64,000 bases of DNA from Chloroflexota bacterium (GTDB lineage Bacteria; Chloroflexota; Chloroflexia; Chloroflexales; Roseiflexaceae). Position numbers and translations under genes: made by a program. The stretch lies in the NCBI GenBank assembly GCA_013388755.1, contig JACAEQ010000036.1, positions 1 to 64,000 on the forward strand, in the 5' to 3' direction. Of the stretch, positions 33,293-42,638 are shown one piece after another (the first letter of the stretch is position 1; each line of letters opens with the position of its first letter). Under the pieces are notes generated by a model, which saw nothing but the letters and a program-made list of their open reading frames with translations, was not told the origin of the DNA and made no database searches.

Positions 33293-33490
33293 ATGACGCA
33301 ACGAACGCAAGTGGTTCACACCGTTCGCATATGGAGCGAGGTCGAGTCGCCGGAAGGGACGCGGTTGCACACGGCATTGCAGGCTCCGGTGCGCGAGCAG
33401 AATCGCTATCAGGCGCAACCGGAACGTGTATTCACGGTACGTCACCTCCCCAACGACCCGACCTGCATGATCGTTCAGCGCGCGCCATGA
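33293..33490 (+). CDS. Candidate small ORF (65 aa) in an otherwise gene-free 550-nt region; speculative
   Basis: ATG..TGA with ~70% GC3; no homology recognised. Confidence 0.15.
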   Translation: MTQRTQVVHTVRIWSEVESPEGTRLHTALQAPVREQNRYQAQPERVFTVRHLPNDPTCMIVQRAP

Positions 33491-33512
33491 GACATGCACG
33501 GTCGCGCCTGGT

Positions 33513-34655
33513 TCATGCGCGTGCTCGTGCTGCGGCGACAGCCTTTTCCGCGGCTTCGGCAAGCGTCGCTGCCGGGATCAACGCCGATTCGGCCAGGATG
33601 CGGCGCCCTTCGGCTTCGTTCGTGCCAACCAGCCGCGCAATCATCGGCACATCGGTATTGACCTCTTCGAGTGCCGCGACGATTCCTTTCGCCACTTCAT
33701 CCACACGAGTGATGCCACCAAAGATATTGAACATCACCGCCTTGACATTCGGGTCGGAAAGGATGATCTGTAACGCGGTCTTGACCTTCTCTTTGCCGGC
33801 GCCGCCGCCGATATCGAGAAAGTTGGCCGGCTCGCCGCCATACAGCTTCACCACGTCCATCGTCGCCATCGCCAGTCCAGCCCCGTTCACCATACAGCCG
33901 ATGTCGCCATCGAGCTTGATATAGGTAATACCGGCTTCACGGGCGCGCTGCTCGGCCTCCGGTTCATCCGACGCATCACGCATGGCTTCGAGATCGGCAT
34001 GCCGGAACAGACCACTGTCATCGAGCACAATCTTTGAGTCGAGCGCCTGTAACGAACCATCGGCACGCACCACCAGCGGATTGATCTCTGCCAGCGACGC
34101 ATCCGTATCCATGTAGGCGCGATAGAGCGCCGTCGCAATCTGGGCGAATTGCCGCGCCTGCCTGGCATCGGTCAGGCCAATGCCATATGCCAGATCGCGC
34201 GCCTGAAAATCGAGCAGCCCCAGCGTAGGATGCGCCGCGATTTTCACAATCGCGCCCGGATTGGTCTTTGCCACTTCTTCAATCTCGACGCCGCCCTCGG
34301 CTGAAGCCATCACCACAATACGCTTTGCCGCCCGGTCCATGATGACACCCAGATAGATTTCGCGCTCATAGGTGATCGCCTCGGCAACCAGCACTTTCTC
34401 GACAGTCAGGCCCTTGATATTCATACCAAGAATCTGCGCGGCAACCTGTTCCGCCTGCTCAGGAGTATCGGCCAGTTTGACGCCTCCCGCCTTGCCGCGC
34501 CCACCGACGAACACCTGCGCCTTGACGACCACGCGCGCACCGATCTGTTCGGCGATTGCGCGCGCTTCGGCCGGCGTGGTTGCTACGCCGCCGCCAGTGA
34601 CCGGCACACCATAGCGGGCCAGAATGTCGCGCGCCTGGTACTCGTGAAGCTTCAT
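33513..34655 (-). CDS. sucC: Succinyl-CoA synthetase beta subunit (ADP-forming)
   Basis: [19 protein letters not shown]..., ATP-grasp, C-terminal CoA-ligase domain; GGAGGGG RBS; no sucD immediately downstream. Confidence 0.9.
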   Translation of the reverse strand: MKLHEYQARDILARYGVPVTGGGVATTPAEARAIAEQIGARVVVKAQVFVGGRGKAGGVKLADTPEQAEQVAAQILGMNIKGLTVEKVLVAEAITYEREIYLGVIMDRAAKRIVVMASAEGGVEIEEVAKTNPGAIVKIAAHPTLGLLDFQARDLAYGIGLTDARQARQFAQIATALYRAYMDTDASLAEINPLVVRADGSLQALDSKIVLDDSGLFRHADLEAMRDASDEPEAEQRAREAGITYIKLDGDIGCMVNGAGLAMATMDVVKLYGGEPANFLDIGGGAGKEKVKTALQIILSDPNVKAVMFNIFGGITRVDEVAKGIVAALEEVNTDVPMIARLVGTNEAEGRRILAESALIPAATLAEAAEKAVAAARARA

Positions 34656-34715
34656 GCCTTTCCCCTCCTGCCTGCTGCTGCGATGTGCCGATGGTATCAT
34701 CTCTGCCGCACGGCG

Positions 34716-35108
34716 TCAAACATCAAGGACGACCCAGGCGCGCCGGTCACGCTTTGCCAGCGGCGGTGGATCCGTGAGCAGAGCGATCTCGCCCAGCCAG
34801 AGCAGCACCGCGTAGCGGCAGTCGCACACCTGCGCGCTGAACCCATCGTCCAGGCAGAGCCCGTCGGCATACCGGGCAATCAGGTCGGTCATAGCGTGCG
34901 GTGTCAGATCGGCGAACTCGGCGACGCGCTCGACACGCGCGGATGCGACGATCGGGCCGCCGGCACGTTTCAGAAGCAATTGATCGGCTACGGCAACCCT
35001 GCCATACGGCGCTGCGCGAATGCGCAGAAAACGCGACTCGATCGTCTTTTCGCCCGAGAGCACGCGGCTCAGATATGGCTCACGCAGAATAGCGAGGTGA
35101 AGCGTCAT
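34716..35108 (-). CDS. ASCH-domain protein
   Basis: MTLHLAILREPYLSRVLSGEKTIESR... typical ASCH beta-barrel N-terminus; start re-set. Confidence 0.6.
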   Translation of the reverse strand: MTLHLAILREPYLSRVLSGEKTIESRFLRIRAAPYGRVAVADQLLLKRAGGPIVASARVERVAEFADLTPHAMTDLIARYADGLCLDDGFSAQVCDCRYAVLLWLGEIALLTDPPPLAKRDRRAWVVLDV

Positions 35109-35206
35109 GCAACTTTCACCATGCCGGGTTCGTCGTAAGGGCAGAAAGGAGCGCGACGGCCACGGTGCCCTGCAATCGTCAAACCGGGCCGCGCGAAACG
35201 ACAATA

Positions 35207-35506
35207 ATGGAACAGCGTCAACTTCGTCGCAATCGCAGCGATCGCATTCTCGGCGGGGTCGCTTCAGGTCTGGCGCGTATGCTGAACGTCGATCCGGTTT
35301 TCGTACGGCTGGGCTTTCTGTTTCTTGCCTTGATCAACGGTTTCGGCGCGCTCATCTACATCGCGATGTGGCTCCTGGTTCCCGCCGACGACAGCCACGA
35401 AACCGACCCCCGGGCGCAGATGCGCGAGAACGTCGCCGATATGCAGCAGGTCGCCGAGGAATATGTCGCGCGGGTGCGCAGCATGTTTACCGCGCCGAAC
35501 AACTAG
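35207..35506 (+). CDS. PspC-domain protein (phage-shock protein C family)
   Basis: RSDRILGGVASGLARMLNVDPVFVRLGFLFLALINGFGALIYIAMWLLVP. Confidence 0.75.
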   Translation: MEQRQLRRNRSDRILGGVASGLARMLNVDPVFVRLGFLFLALINGFGALIYIAMWLLVPADDSHETDPRAQMRENVADMQQVAEEYVARVRSMFTAPNN

Positions 35507-35657
35507 AACCAATACCTTTCACATCAGGCGTTCTGCACCGCACAGCCCCCCACCCAGCCTCTCCCCGCCGGGGGGAGGAGTCGGACTCCCTCCCCCGGCG
35601 GGGGAGGGCCGGGGTGGGGGTGACGGGCGTATGTGAAAGGTAGTGCAACTAGAACAA
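35503..35657. mobile_element. Family-A MITE-like nested-hairpin repeat (copy A2), CTAGAAC at both ends
   Basis: Flanked by caaCTAGAAC direct repeats; terminal inverted repeats ...CCTTTCACAT / ATGTGAAAGG...; two internal G/C palindromes CCTCTCCCCGCCGGGGGGAGG and CCCTCCCCCGGCGGGGGAGGG; left end overlaps the pspC TAG stop. Confidence 0.7.
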
Positions 35658-35759
35658 CGATAGAGTATTCAGAAACGAGAGTCCCTATGGGCCGGCGGCC
35701 CGAACCACCTCAAAATTACAACACTCGACCGGCGCTCCAGCACCAGCAGCATGCCGCCA

Positions 35760-36947
35760 TTACACGGTTTCGACGGCAACAGCAATCGCTTCGCCGCCGC
35801 CAAGGCACAACGCTGCAATGCCGCGCCCGCCACCGCGCAGGCGCAGCGCATGGATGAGCGTCACCAGAATGCGCGCGCCACTGGCGCCGATCGGGTGCCC
35901 CAGCGCAATCGCCCCACCGTGCACATTCAGCCGGTCGCTATCCAGCCCCAGCGCGCGAATATTCTGGACAACCTGAGCCGCGAATGCTTCGTTGATTTCG
36001 AACAGGTCATAATCATCAATCGTCGTTGCGGTATGGGCGAGCAGCCGCTGGATCGCGTAGACCGGCGCGGTAAACACCTCACGCGGCGGAACTGCCGCCT
36101 GCGCAGCGCCAATCAGCCGCGCCAGCGGGCGCGTGCCAAGTTCTGCGGCGCGCCCCGCACTCGTCACCACCAGCGCCGCTGCGCCATCGGTCAGCCCGGG
36201 GGCATTGCCGGCCGTCACGGTACCTTCGGATGAAAAGACTGGCGCAAGTTTGCTGAGCGCTGCCACACTGGTGCCGCGACGCGGCGGTTCATCGGCAACC
36301 GGCCCGCCAGCGCCACGCCCGATGGACGGATCGAACGGAGCGATCTCCTCAGCAAATGCGCCATTGTCCTGCGCAGCAACCGCGCGCGCCTGCGACTCGG
36401 CGGCATAGGAATCCTGCTGTTCGCGCGTAATGCCATACGTGCGCGCCGTCCAGTCGGCGGCGCTCCCCATATGCTGATGTTCGAAGGCACACCATAACCC
36501 GTCGTGAATCAGCGCATCGGTCAGTTCGCCATGGCCGAGACGATACCCGCTACGCGCTTCAGGCAAGAGGTACGGCGCGCGGCTCATACTCTCCATACCA
36601 CCGGCAACGATCAACGAAGCATCGCCAGCGCGGATGAGTGCCGCCGCCAGCGTCACTGCTTTCAGGCCGCTGCCACACACCTTGTTGATGGTCAGCGCCC
36701 CGACGGATGCCGGCAGGCCGCCACCGATGGCCGCCTGGCGCGCCGGCGCCTGGCCAAGCCCGGCGCCGACCACGTTCCCCATGATACATTCATCCACCAG
36801 CGCCGGGATAATACCCGCGCGCGTAACCGCGGCACGCACCGCATGCGCGCCCAGCTCTGTTGCCGCCATATTGCGCAGCATGCCCTGGAACTTACCGATC
36901 GGCGTACGCGCGGCGCCAATAATGACGATATCATCTGCTCCTTGCAT
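35760..36947 (-). CDS. Acetyl-CoA C-acetyltransferase (thiolase II)
   Basis: Thiolase signatures incl. active-site Cys context [12 protein letters not shown]-terminal [12 protein letters not shown] and [10 protein letters not shown]. Confidence 0.9.
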   Translation of the reverse strand: MQGADDIVIIGAARTPIGKFQGMLRNMAATELGAHAVRAAVTRAGIIPALVDECIMGNVVGAGLGQAPARQAAIGGGLPASVGALTINKVCGSGLKAVTLAAALIRAGDASLIVAGGMESMSRAPYLLPEARSGYRLGHGELTDALIHDGLWCAFEHQHMGSAADWTARTYGITREQQDSYAAESQARAVAAQDNGAFAEEIAPFDPSIGRGAGGPVADEPPRRGTSVAALSKLAPVFSSEGTVTAGNAPGLTDGAAALVVTSAGRAAELGTRPLARLIGAAQAAVPPREVFTAPVYAIQRLLAHTATTIDDYDLFEINEAFAAQVVQNIRALGLDSDRLNVHGGAIALGHPIGASGARILVTLIHALRLRGGGRGIAALCLGGGEAIAVAVETV

Positions 36948-36966
36948 CGAGCACCCCCAGGATCAG

Positions 36967-39900
36967 TTATGGGCGGCAACTGGCATTGTATGGTGCGCTC
37001 TCGAAATAGGTGCGCCATTCACTCTCAGAGAGTGTACGCCCGGCCATACGGCAGGCAACCGTGAGCAGTTCCCCACTGCCGGCCGGCAGCGAATCCGGGG
37101 CAGGCAACGGATCGTCGAGATTCCAGACGCGCGCGATGCCATCAGCGCCGACGCTCATGACCGTTCGTGTTGCAGGTGGGACCACCACACCCGTGACCGG
37201 CCCATCATGGCCGCGTAACAGAAACGGTCTGGCGCCCGGATCGGCGGTTGTCAGATCCCACAGGCCAACACTGCCATCAGCGCTCGCAGTGACAAGGCGA
37301 TCGCCACCACCACTCAGGGCCAGGCCAGTGATGCGATCGGCATGGCCGCGCAGTACCACACGCGCCTGATTGTCATCGCGACCCTCAAGATCCCAGACAC
37401 ACGTCGTGCCGTCGGCGCTGCCGGCGATCACCAGAGGCGCGGTATTCGAGGTCATCAGCAACTGCGTCACCGGCGCGGTAAGACCGAGGAGCACATACGG
37501 CTGATTGAAACTGACGCCGCTGAGGCTCCAGAGCCGCACCTGGCCACCTGCGCTGCCATAGGCGATCCAGCGTCCATTGCCACTGAACGCAATCGACGTC
37601 AGCGGGCCACGCGTCCGTTCCTGGGTGTAGGAGCCTGTACCGGACGACAGGGTATACAGACGCGCCTGGCTGTCGTCATTTCCGGTCGCCAGCAACTGGC
37701 CGTCGGGGCTGAAGGCCAGTGAACGAACGGCACTTTGCCCGCCAAGTCCGCTCAGGCGCTGTGGTGCCGCTGACGGACTGGCAAGATCATAGACCAGCGT
37801 CGCCCCCTGCGCGTCGGCGATCGCCAGCAAACGCCCGTCGGCGCTAAGCGCAATCGCGGTATTGGCGTCACCCGGGCCACTGAGTTCGCGCGCGACAGAC
37901 ACAGCGCTGGAAACGTTCCACAGCCGGACGCTCGCCGCATCACCGCCCGCGGTCACGAGCCGGGTTCCATCGCTGGAGAGCGCGAGCAGCGTCACCGGGC
38001 CAGGCGCCATGGCCGTGCGCGGCGGGGCCGCCAGGTCGGCCAGGTTCCACACCTGAAGCGCACCATCCGCGCCGACGATCGCCGTCACCGTGCCATCACG
38101 GCTGGTTGCGACGGCAGAAGCCGGCCTGGCGATATCCAGCCCGATCCCACCGATGCGTGTCAGCGCATTCCGCAACACTGCATCCGCGACATCAACCGGC
38201 GGCTCACCCTTCGCAAGCGTGACCTGCACCGCCTCAACCGCCAGGAGCAGGCCGCGCACCGGGCGCTCACTACTCTCCGCCTGCGCCAGCGCAGCAAGCT
38301 GGCCGGCACGCGCCTGGCGCGCCTGTTGTTCGAGCGCCGGCACCAGCGCCTCGGCGGTACGGCGCGCCTGTGCCTCCTGCACCGCCGCGAGCGCAACCTC
38401 CGTACCGCGCTGCAGGGCCAGCCCTTCAGCGGCCTGCGCAGTAGCGGCGGCGGCGCGCGCATCGGCAGCGGCAACCTGTGCCGTGGCGGCGGCCTGGTCC
38501 GAGATGACAACCTGCGTTGCAAGGTCGAACGTCCTGGCCTGGATCTGCGACTGTTGCCCGAGGAGGACGACGCCGGAAACGATCGCTCCGGCAAGCGCAA
38601 ATACCAGAGAGGCAACTACAAGGCGCAGGCGGCGGGCAGAACGCGCCTCAGCCTCGGCACGCCGCCCCTGCTCGACGGCCAGCTTCTCACTCTGTTCGGC
38701 CTGGAGGCGTCGCGCTTCGGCCAGCGCCTGGGCCTGCTCCAGCTCATGGCGGGTCCGTTCCTCCTTCTCGTGCCGTGCCTGATCAATCGCCTGACGGCTC
38801 GCCACGACCAGGTCAATCAACGCCTCATCGAAGCCGAGATAGGCGGCCTCAGCACTGTTCAGCCAGCGTTCCGCCTCGATCAATTGCACTTCGTCGAGCA
38901 GTCCTGCCGCTCCGCCCCCCAGGCGCACCCATTCTGCCGCTTTGGCTTCCAGGCGGCGGCGCGACGCAATCGCGGCCCGCTCATCTTCCAGCCAGCCAAC
39001 CAGGGTCGGCCAGTTACGCACGAGCGCCTCGTGCGCAACTTCCACCTGCGCGGCTTCCGGCGTATCGCCCGGCGTCAGGCGCACCAGCCGCGACGCAATC
39101 AGGCGATCGAGCACACGATCGACGCGATCACGCGCTTCACCGGCCCGATAGAGCTGATCACGGCGGATGCGATTGCTGGTAATCTCCAGGCCTTCACCGG
39201 GGCGAACCATACGCATCAGAATACGGCGCGCCGTTACCTGCTCCTCCGGGATCAGGCCATTGTAGAAAGCGTCGGCGCTACGCGCCAGTGCCTGGCGCCC
39301 GCCGCCAATCTGCTGATACGCCTGCCATGTCACCCGATTGCGATCGCGCGCGTCCCACAACTTGAGCAGGGTGAACTGCAACAACGGCAACGCTGCCGGT
39401 TCACCAAGCATGTCGTGCAGCAGCGCCTCAACGACCCCTTGCTCGAACTTCAGCCCGACCAGCTCTGCCGGCCGTTCGATCGCCTCGCGCATTTCGCTGG
39501 CATTGAGCGGCAGCAACTGGACGCGCGCCTGTTCAACCCAGCTTTGCAGGGCAGGTTCGAGCGCAATAAAACTCTCGAAGTCACTGCGCAGCGTCATAAT
39601 GACCAGGTGATCGGGTGAACGATGCTCCGCCAGCGTCACCAGCGCCGCAACAAACGCCCGGCGCTCCACCTCATCGTCGGTGAGGGTAAAGAGCTCCTCG
39701 AGCTGATCGACAAACAGCACCGCCGGCGTCTCCCCGGCCAGCGCCGCGATCACCTGTTGCGGATCGCGTAGTTGATCGGCCAGTTTCTCATCCTGCGCCA
39801 GGTCATCGGGATGCCCCATCATGCGGCGCAACGCACGCGCGAGGTGAACCAGCGGCTGATCGCCGGGGACCATCGGCGGCACATAGCGCCACGCGCGGCT

Positions 39901-40425
39901 ACCCGGGATGGCGTCGTTCTTCAACGCCGGAATGAGGCCGGCGCGCACCACCGACGACTTCCCGGCGCCTGATGGGCCGACCAGCACCAGCATATGGCGC
40001 TCGTTCAGCTTGCCGACAAGATACTCAACCAGGCGCCGGCGGCCAAAGAAGCGCTCGGCATCTTCTTCGCGAAAGGCATCAAGGCCGACATAGGGGCAGC
40101 TTGCATCATCAAGGATCGGCGCGATTTCCGGATCGAACTCTTGGAGTGTTGCGTCCGGCGGATCGTAGCCGTTGCGCATGAGGATCGTGGCCCAGTAGTC
40201 AAGCAAACTCTGCGCCGCCGAGCGCTCGTCCTCATCATCAAGCAGAACGCCTGTGGCGCTGCCGCGGGCAATGATCCTGGCCGCCTGGCTCAACAGTGCC
40301 GGCGTCAGCCCCCCATCGCGCTGGCGCCGCAGCATCTCGGTATGCGCCAGGCGCAGCGCCGCAAACGACGGATAGAGCGAGCCATCATGTTCAGGCGGCT
40401 GTTCCGGCGATGTGGCACGTGTCAT
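36967..40425 (-). CDS. STAND-class P-loop NTPase - coiled coil - TM helix - WD40 beta-propeller protein (1152 aa)
   Basis: CPYVGLDAFREEDAERFFGRR + Walker A LVGPSGAGKSS + Walker B VLFVDQLEE; EVAHEALVRNWPTLVGWL helical motif; predicted TM helix LRLVVASLVFALAGAIVSGVVLLG (~aa 600-623); >=7 WD40-like blades (VRLWNV, TLVYDL, ARLYTL, VRLWSL, TCVWDL, VGLWDL, ARVWNL); start ATG overlaps the CHAT gene stop (ATGA). Confidence 0.85.
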   Translation of the reverse strand: MTRATSPEQPPEHDGSLYPSFAALRLAHTEMLRRQRDGGLTPALLSQAARIIARGSATGVLLDDEDERSAAQSLLDYWATILMRNGYDPPDATLQEFDPEIAPILDDASCPYVGLDAFREEDAERFFGRRRLVEYLVGKLNERHMLVLVGPSGAGKSSVVRAGLIPALKNDAIPGSRAWRYVPPMVPGDQPLVHLARALRRMMGHPDDLAQDEKLADQLRDPQQVIAALAGETPAVLFVDQLEELFTLTDDEVERRAFVAALVTLAEHRSPDHLVIMTLRSDFESFIALEPALQSWVEQARVQLLPLNASEMREAIERPAELVGLKFEQGVVEALLHDMLGEPAALPLLQFTLLKLWDARDRNRVTWQAYQQIGGGRQALARSADAFYNGLIPEEQVTARRILMRMVRPGEGLEITSNRIRRDQLYRAGEARDRVDRVLDRLIASRLVRLTPGDTPEAAQVEVAHEALVRNWPTLVGWLEDERAAIASRRRLEAKAAEWVRLGGGAAGLLDEVQLIEAERWLNSAEAAYLGFDEALIDLVVASRQAIDQARHEKEERTRHELEQAQALAEARRLQAEQSEKLAVEQGRRAEAEARSARRLRLVVASLVFALAGAIVSGVVLLGQQSQIQARTFDLATQVVISDQAAATAQVAAADARAAAATAQAAEGLALQRGTEVALAAVQEAQARRTAEALVPALEQQARQARAGQLAALAQAESSERPVRGLLLAVEAVQVTLAKGEPPVDVADAVLRNALTRIGGIGLDIARPASAVATSRDGTVTAIVGADGALQVWNLADLAAPPRTAMAPGPVTLLALSSDGTRLVTAGGDAASVRLWNVSSAVSVARELSGPGDANTAIALSADGRLLAIADAQGATLVYDLASPSAAPQRLSGLGGQSAVRSLAFSPDGQLLATGNDDSQARLYTLSSGTGSYTQERTRGPLTSIAFSGNGRWIAYGSAGGQVRLWSLSGVSFNQPYVLLGLTAPVTQLLMTSNTAPLVIAGSADGTTCVWDLEGRDDNQARVVLRGHADRITGLALSGGGDRLVTASADGSVGLWDLTTADPGARPFLLRGHDGPVTGVVVPPATRTVMSVGADGIARVWNLDDPLPAPDSLPAGSGELLTVACRMAGRTLSESEWRTYFESAPYNASCRP

Positions 40426-42491
40426 GAGGTCAGCACCTTGAGCACGGATGCCAGCGGATCGCCGACCTTCCGCAACTCATCACACATACGCTTCAGGTCG
40501 ATATCCACGCGAAAGAACCGTTCGCCTGCCTGGCGGCGGAAGCGGCGGAAGAACTGGCGCGCCCGCGCCTGATCACCGGAGTCAAGCGCAGCGGTCACCT
40601 TTTCCGCATCATTTTTCAATGCCGCGCCCCAGGCCTCGGAACTCTCCAGGTAGAGTGGCGCCACGCGCTCGTTGATATCCGGCCATGAAAGCTCCAGTTC
40701 GGTTATATCCTGGTCGATAAACTGCTCGATACGCCGCAGGTCAAGATCAATAATCTGCCAGCGATCATGTTCGTTCACCAGTTCCGTCAGGCCTGTACTG
40801 AGGGTCGCGAGCGCAGCAACACCCAGTTCGAACTGATTGATCCTGGCCGCATCGTAGCCAGCGCCGCCGAGCCACGAGCGAACGGCAGCCATTCCCTGCA
40901 CGAGCGCGGTCAGGCGCAGGGCACGCGCCGCGGCATTGAGCCGCGCATTGATCACGGTCGGCTGCGACGTCAGCACCCGGTTAAGCAACCGACTGGCCTG
41001 CTTCAGACGTTTGACGTCCAGGGCTTCAATGGCAGCCGCCAGTTCTGCCTCCGCATTACTCACATCCGCAACCCATGCCAGTTCGCTTGCCGCGAGCTTA
41101 CCGCGCTCGATCACGCGCCGGAGATCCTCCACGATCCCTTGCAGCGTTACATCATAGTTCGCCATCGCGTCCCACGTCAGGTCATCGTCGGGCAGGCGGC
41201 GCATGTCGGTGATGATCGGATTATAGCAATGGAACTGGAGTGAGTGGAGTTGATCGTGCACATCTTTGTAATCCGCAAGAATATCGATCTGCGCCGCAGC
41301 GGCCTGAAAATCGGCGCGAAAGGCGATCACCGCCTCTCGCACATCACTGCCGGCCTCGATCAGATCGCCCAGCATCTGCATGCCCGCGCCGATCGACTGT
41401 GTTGCACCAGGGGCAACAACCGGCGCCGCACGCGCTACCGGCGGCTCGAACAGGCGACCATCCTCGGCACGTGTATAGATCACCGGCACGCCCCAGTCGG
41501 CGCGACCAAGGCCGGCGACATTCATCACGGCGCGCCGCCCCTCGGTCACGCAGAAATCAATCGGGAACGCATCGGCCAGTGCGCGGTAGAATGCGCCGGC
41601 GAACGCGCGCGTTGCTTCTTCGGGTACCTGAAACTGCATGGCAACAACTGCCGGGATCTGGGCGCGCACCAGTGCCGGTGCAATACTCCGCGCCGGATCG
41701 AGCGCCAGTTGCCCGGTCGAACAGGCATCCAGCACCACCAGGCGCACATTGGCCCGATCGAGCATGATGCCGAGTTGCAGTGAACTGATCGGTTCAGGAT
41801 CGCCGATCTCGTCCTCGAACAACAATCGCCCGGTGGCGCCGTCGGCGGCAAAGCCGCCATGGCCGACGAAATGCCAGATGTGGTACCCTTCGCGCAGGCG
41901 CTCCTGCAGCACTGCAGCTGTCAGGTGCGGCTCGACGGTCACCTGGACCCGGGTGCCAAGGCGTTCGAGCGCCGCGTGGACGGCGGCCAGTTCACGTTCG
42001 ACCTCAGCAGGCGGGGGAGTCTGCGCTGCCGTGAGCAACACTCGCAACGGCAATGGCGCCGCCAGGACCGGCACGCGATCCGGTTGCGGCAAGTGGCGCA
42101 CGATCGGGGCATCAAGTAGCGCAAGCGGGCCGCGATCCGGATCATAGAGGAACTCCCAGGGCAGCGCGCCGGCAGCGGCGGCTGACGACGGGATGTTGAG
42201 CCGCAGGCGCAACCCTTCGTCAGTGCCAAGCGCGCCGCGGCTGCGCACATAGACATCGCGCACCGCGCCGGTGAAGAGCGCATCGAACAGGGCGCGACCG
42301 AGCAGCACCAGGGCTGCTTCATCAACGTCGAGCATGCGCAATCGGGCCAGTAACGCCTGTATTTGCGGATCATCATCAGGCAGGCGTAGTTCACCATCTC
42401 CTTCCTCGCCACGCGGGCCGCGCGCTTTGAGGAGAAAACGGCCATGATCGCCAGCGGTCACGGTAATTTCAAAATCAGCGTATGATTTCAT
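40422..42491 (-). CDS. CHAT-domain (caspase-like HetF/peptidase C14-fold) protein with unknown N- and C-terminal domains
   Basis: Caspase-like His (YHIWHFVGHGGF) and Cys (RLVVLDACSTGQ) dyad motifs, typical CHAT end PAVVAMQFQVPEEATRAFAGAFYRAL; ~300-aa C-terminal helical region of unknown function; start set to MKSYADF (TATACT 7 nt upstream); track ORF extends to 42548. Confidence 0.82.
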   Translation of the reverse strand: MKSYADFEITVTAGDHGRFLLKARGPRGEEGDGELRLPDDDPQIQALLARLRMLDVDEAALVLLGRALFDALFTGAVRDVYVRSRGALGTDEGLRLRLNIPSSAAAAGALPWEFLYDPDRGPLALLDAPIVRHLPQPDRVPVLAAPLPLRVLLTAAQTPPPAEVERELAAVHAALERLGTRVQVTVEPHLTAAVLQERLREGYHIWHFVGHGGFAADGATGRLLFEDEIGDPEPISSLQLGIMLDRANVRLVVLDACSTGQLALDPARSIAPALVRAQIPAVVAMQFQVPEEATRAFAGAFYRALADAFPIDFCVTEGRRAVMNVAGLGRADWGVPVIYTRAEDGRLFEPPVARAAPVVAPGATQSIGAGMQMLGDLIEAGSDVREAVIAFRADFQAAAAQIDILADYKDVHDQLHSLQFHCYNPIITDMRRLPDDDLTWDAMANYDVTLQGIVEDLRRVIERGKLAASELAWVADVSNAEAELAAAIEALDVKRLKQASRLLNRVLTSQPTVINARLNAAARALRLTALVQGMAAVRSWLGGAGYDAARINQFELGVAALATLSTGLTELVNEHDRWQIIDLDLRRIEQFIDQDITELELSWPDINERVAPLYLESSEAWGAALKNDAEKVTAALDSGDQARARQFFRRFRRQAGERFFRVDIDLKRMCDELRKVGDPLASVLKVLTS

Positions 42492-42638
42492 GGATTGGTG
42501 TAGTATAGCATAGTGCTGCGTTGCCGACGAGTATGGAGTATGGTACACTCCCGCGCGCCGATATCAACGAAGCGCGGCATGTCGCGCAATGGACGCATGC
42601 GTCAGCACCTGACAGCAACAGCAAGTGATGAGACGGCA

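Noticed and set aside
33161-33562. 133-aa minus-strand ORF in the sucC-gmd gene-poor region
   Set aside because: Arg/Pro-rich low-complexity translation, overlaps the sucC terminator region, no RBS; judged non-coding.
38326-39618. 430-aa plus-strand ORF inside the STAND-WD40 gene
   Set aside because: Antisense artefact; the minus-strand protein has Walker A/B and WD40 blades.
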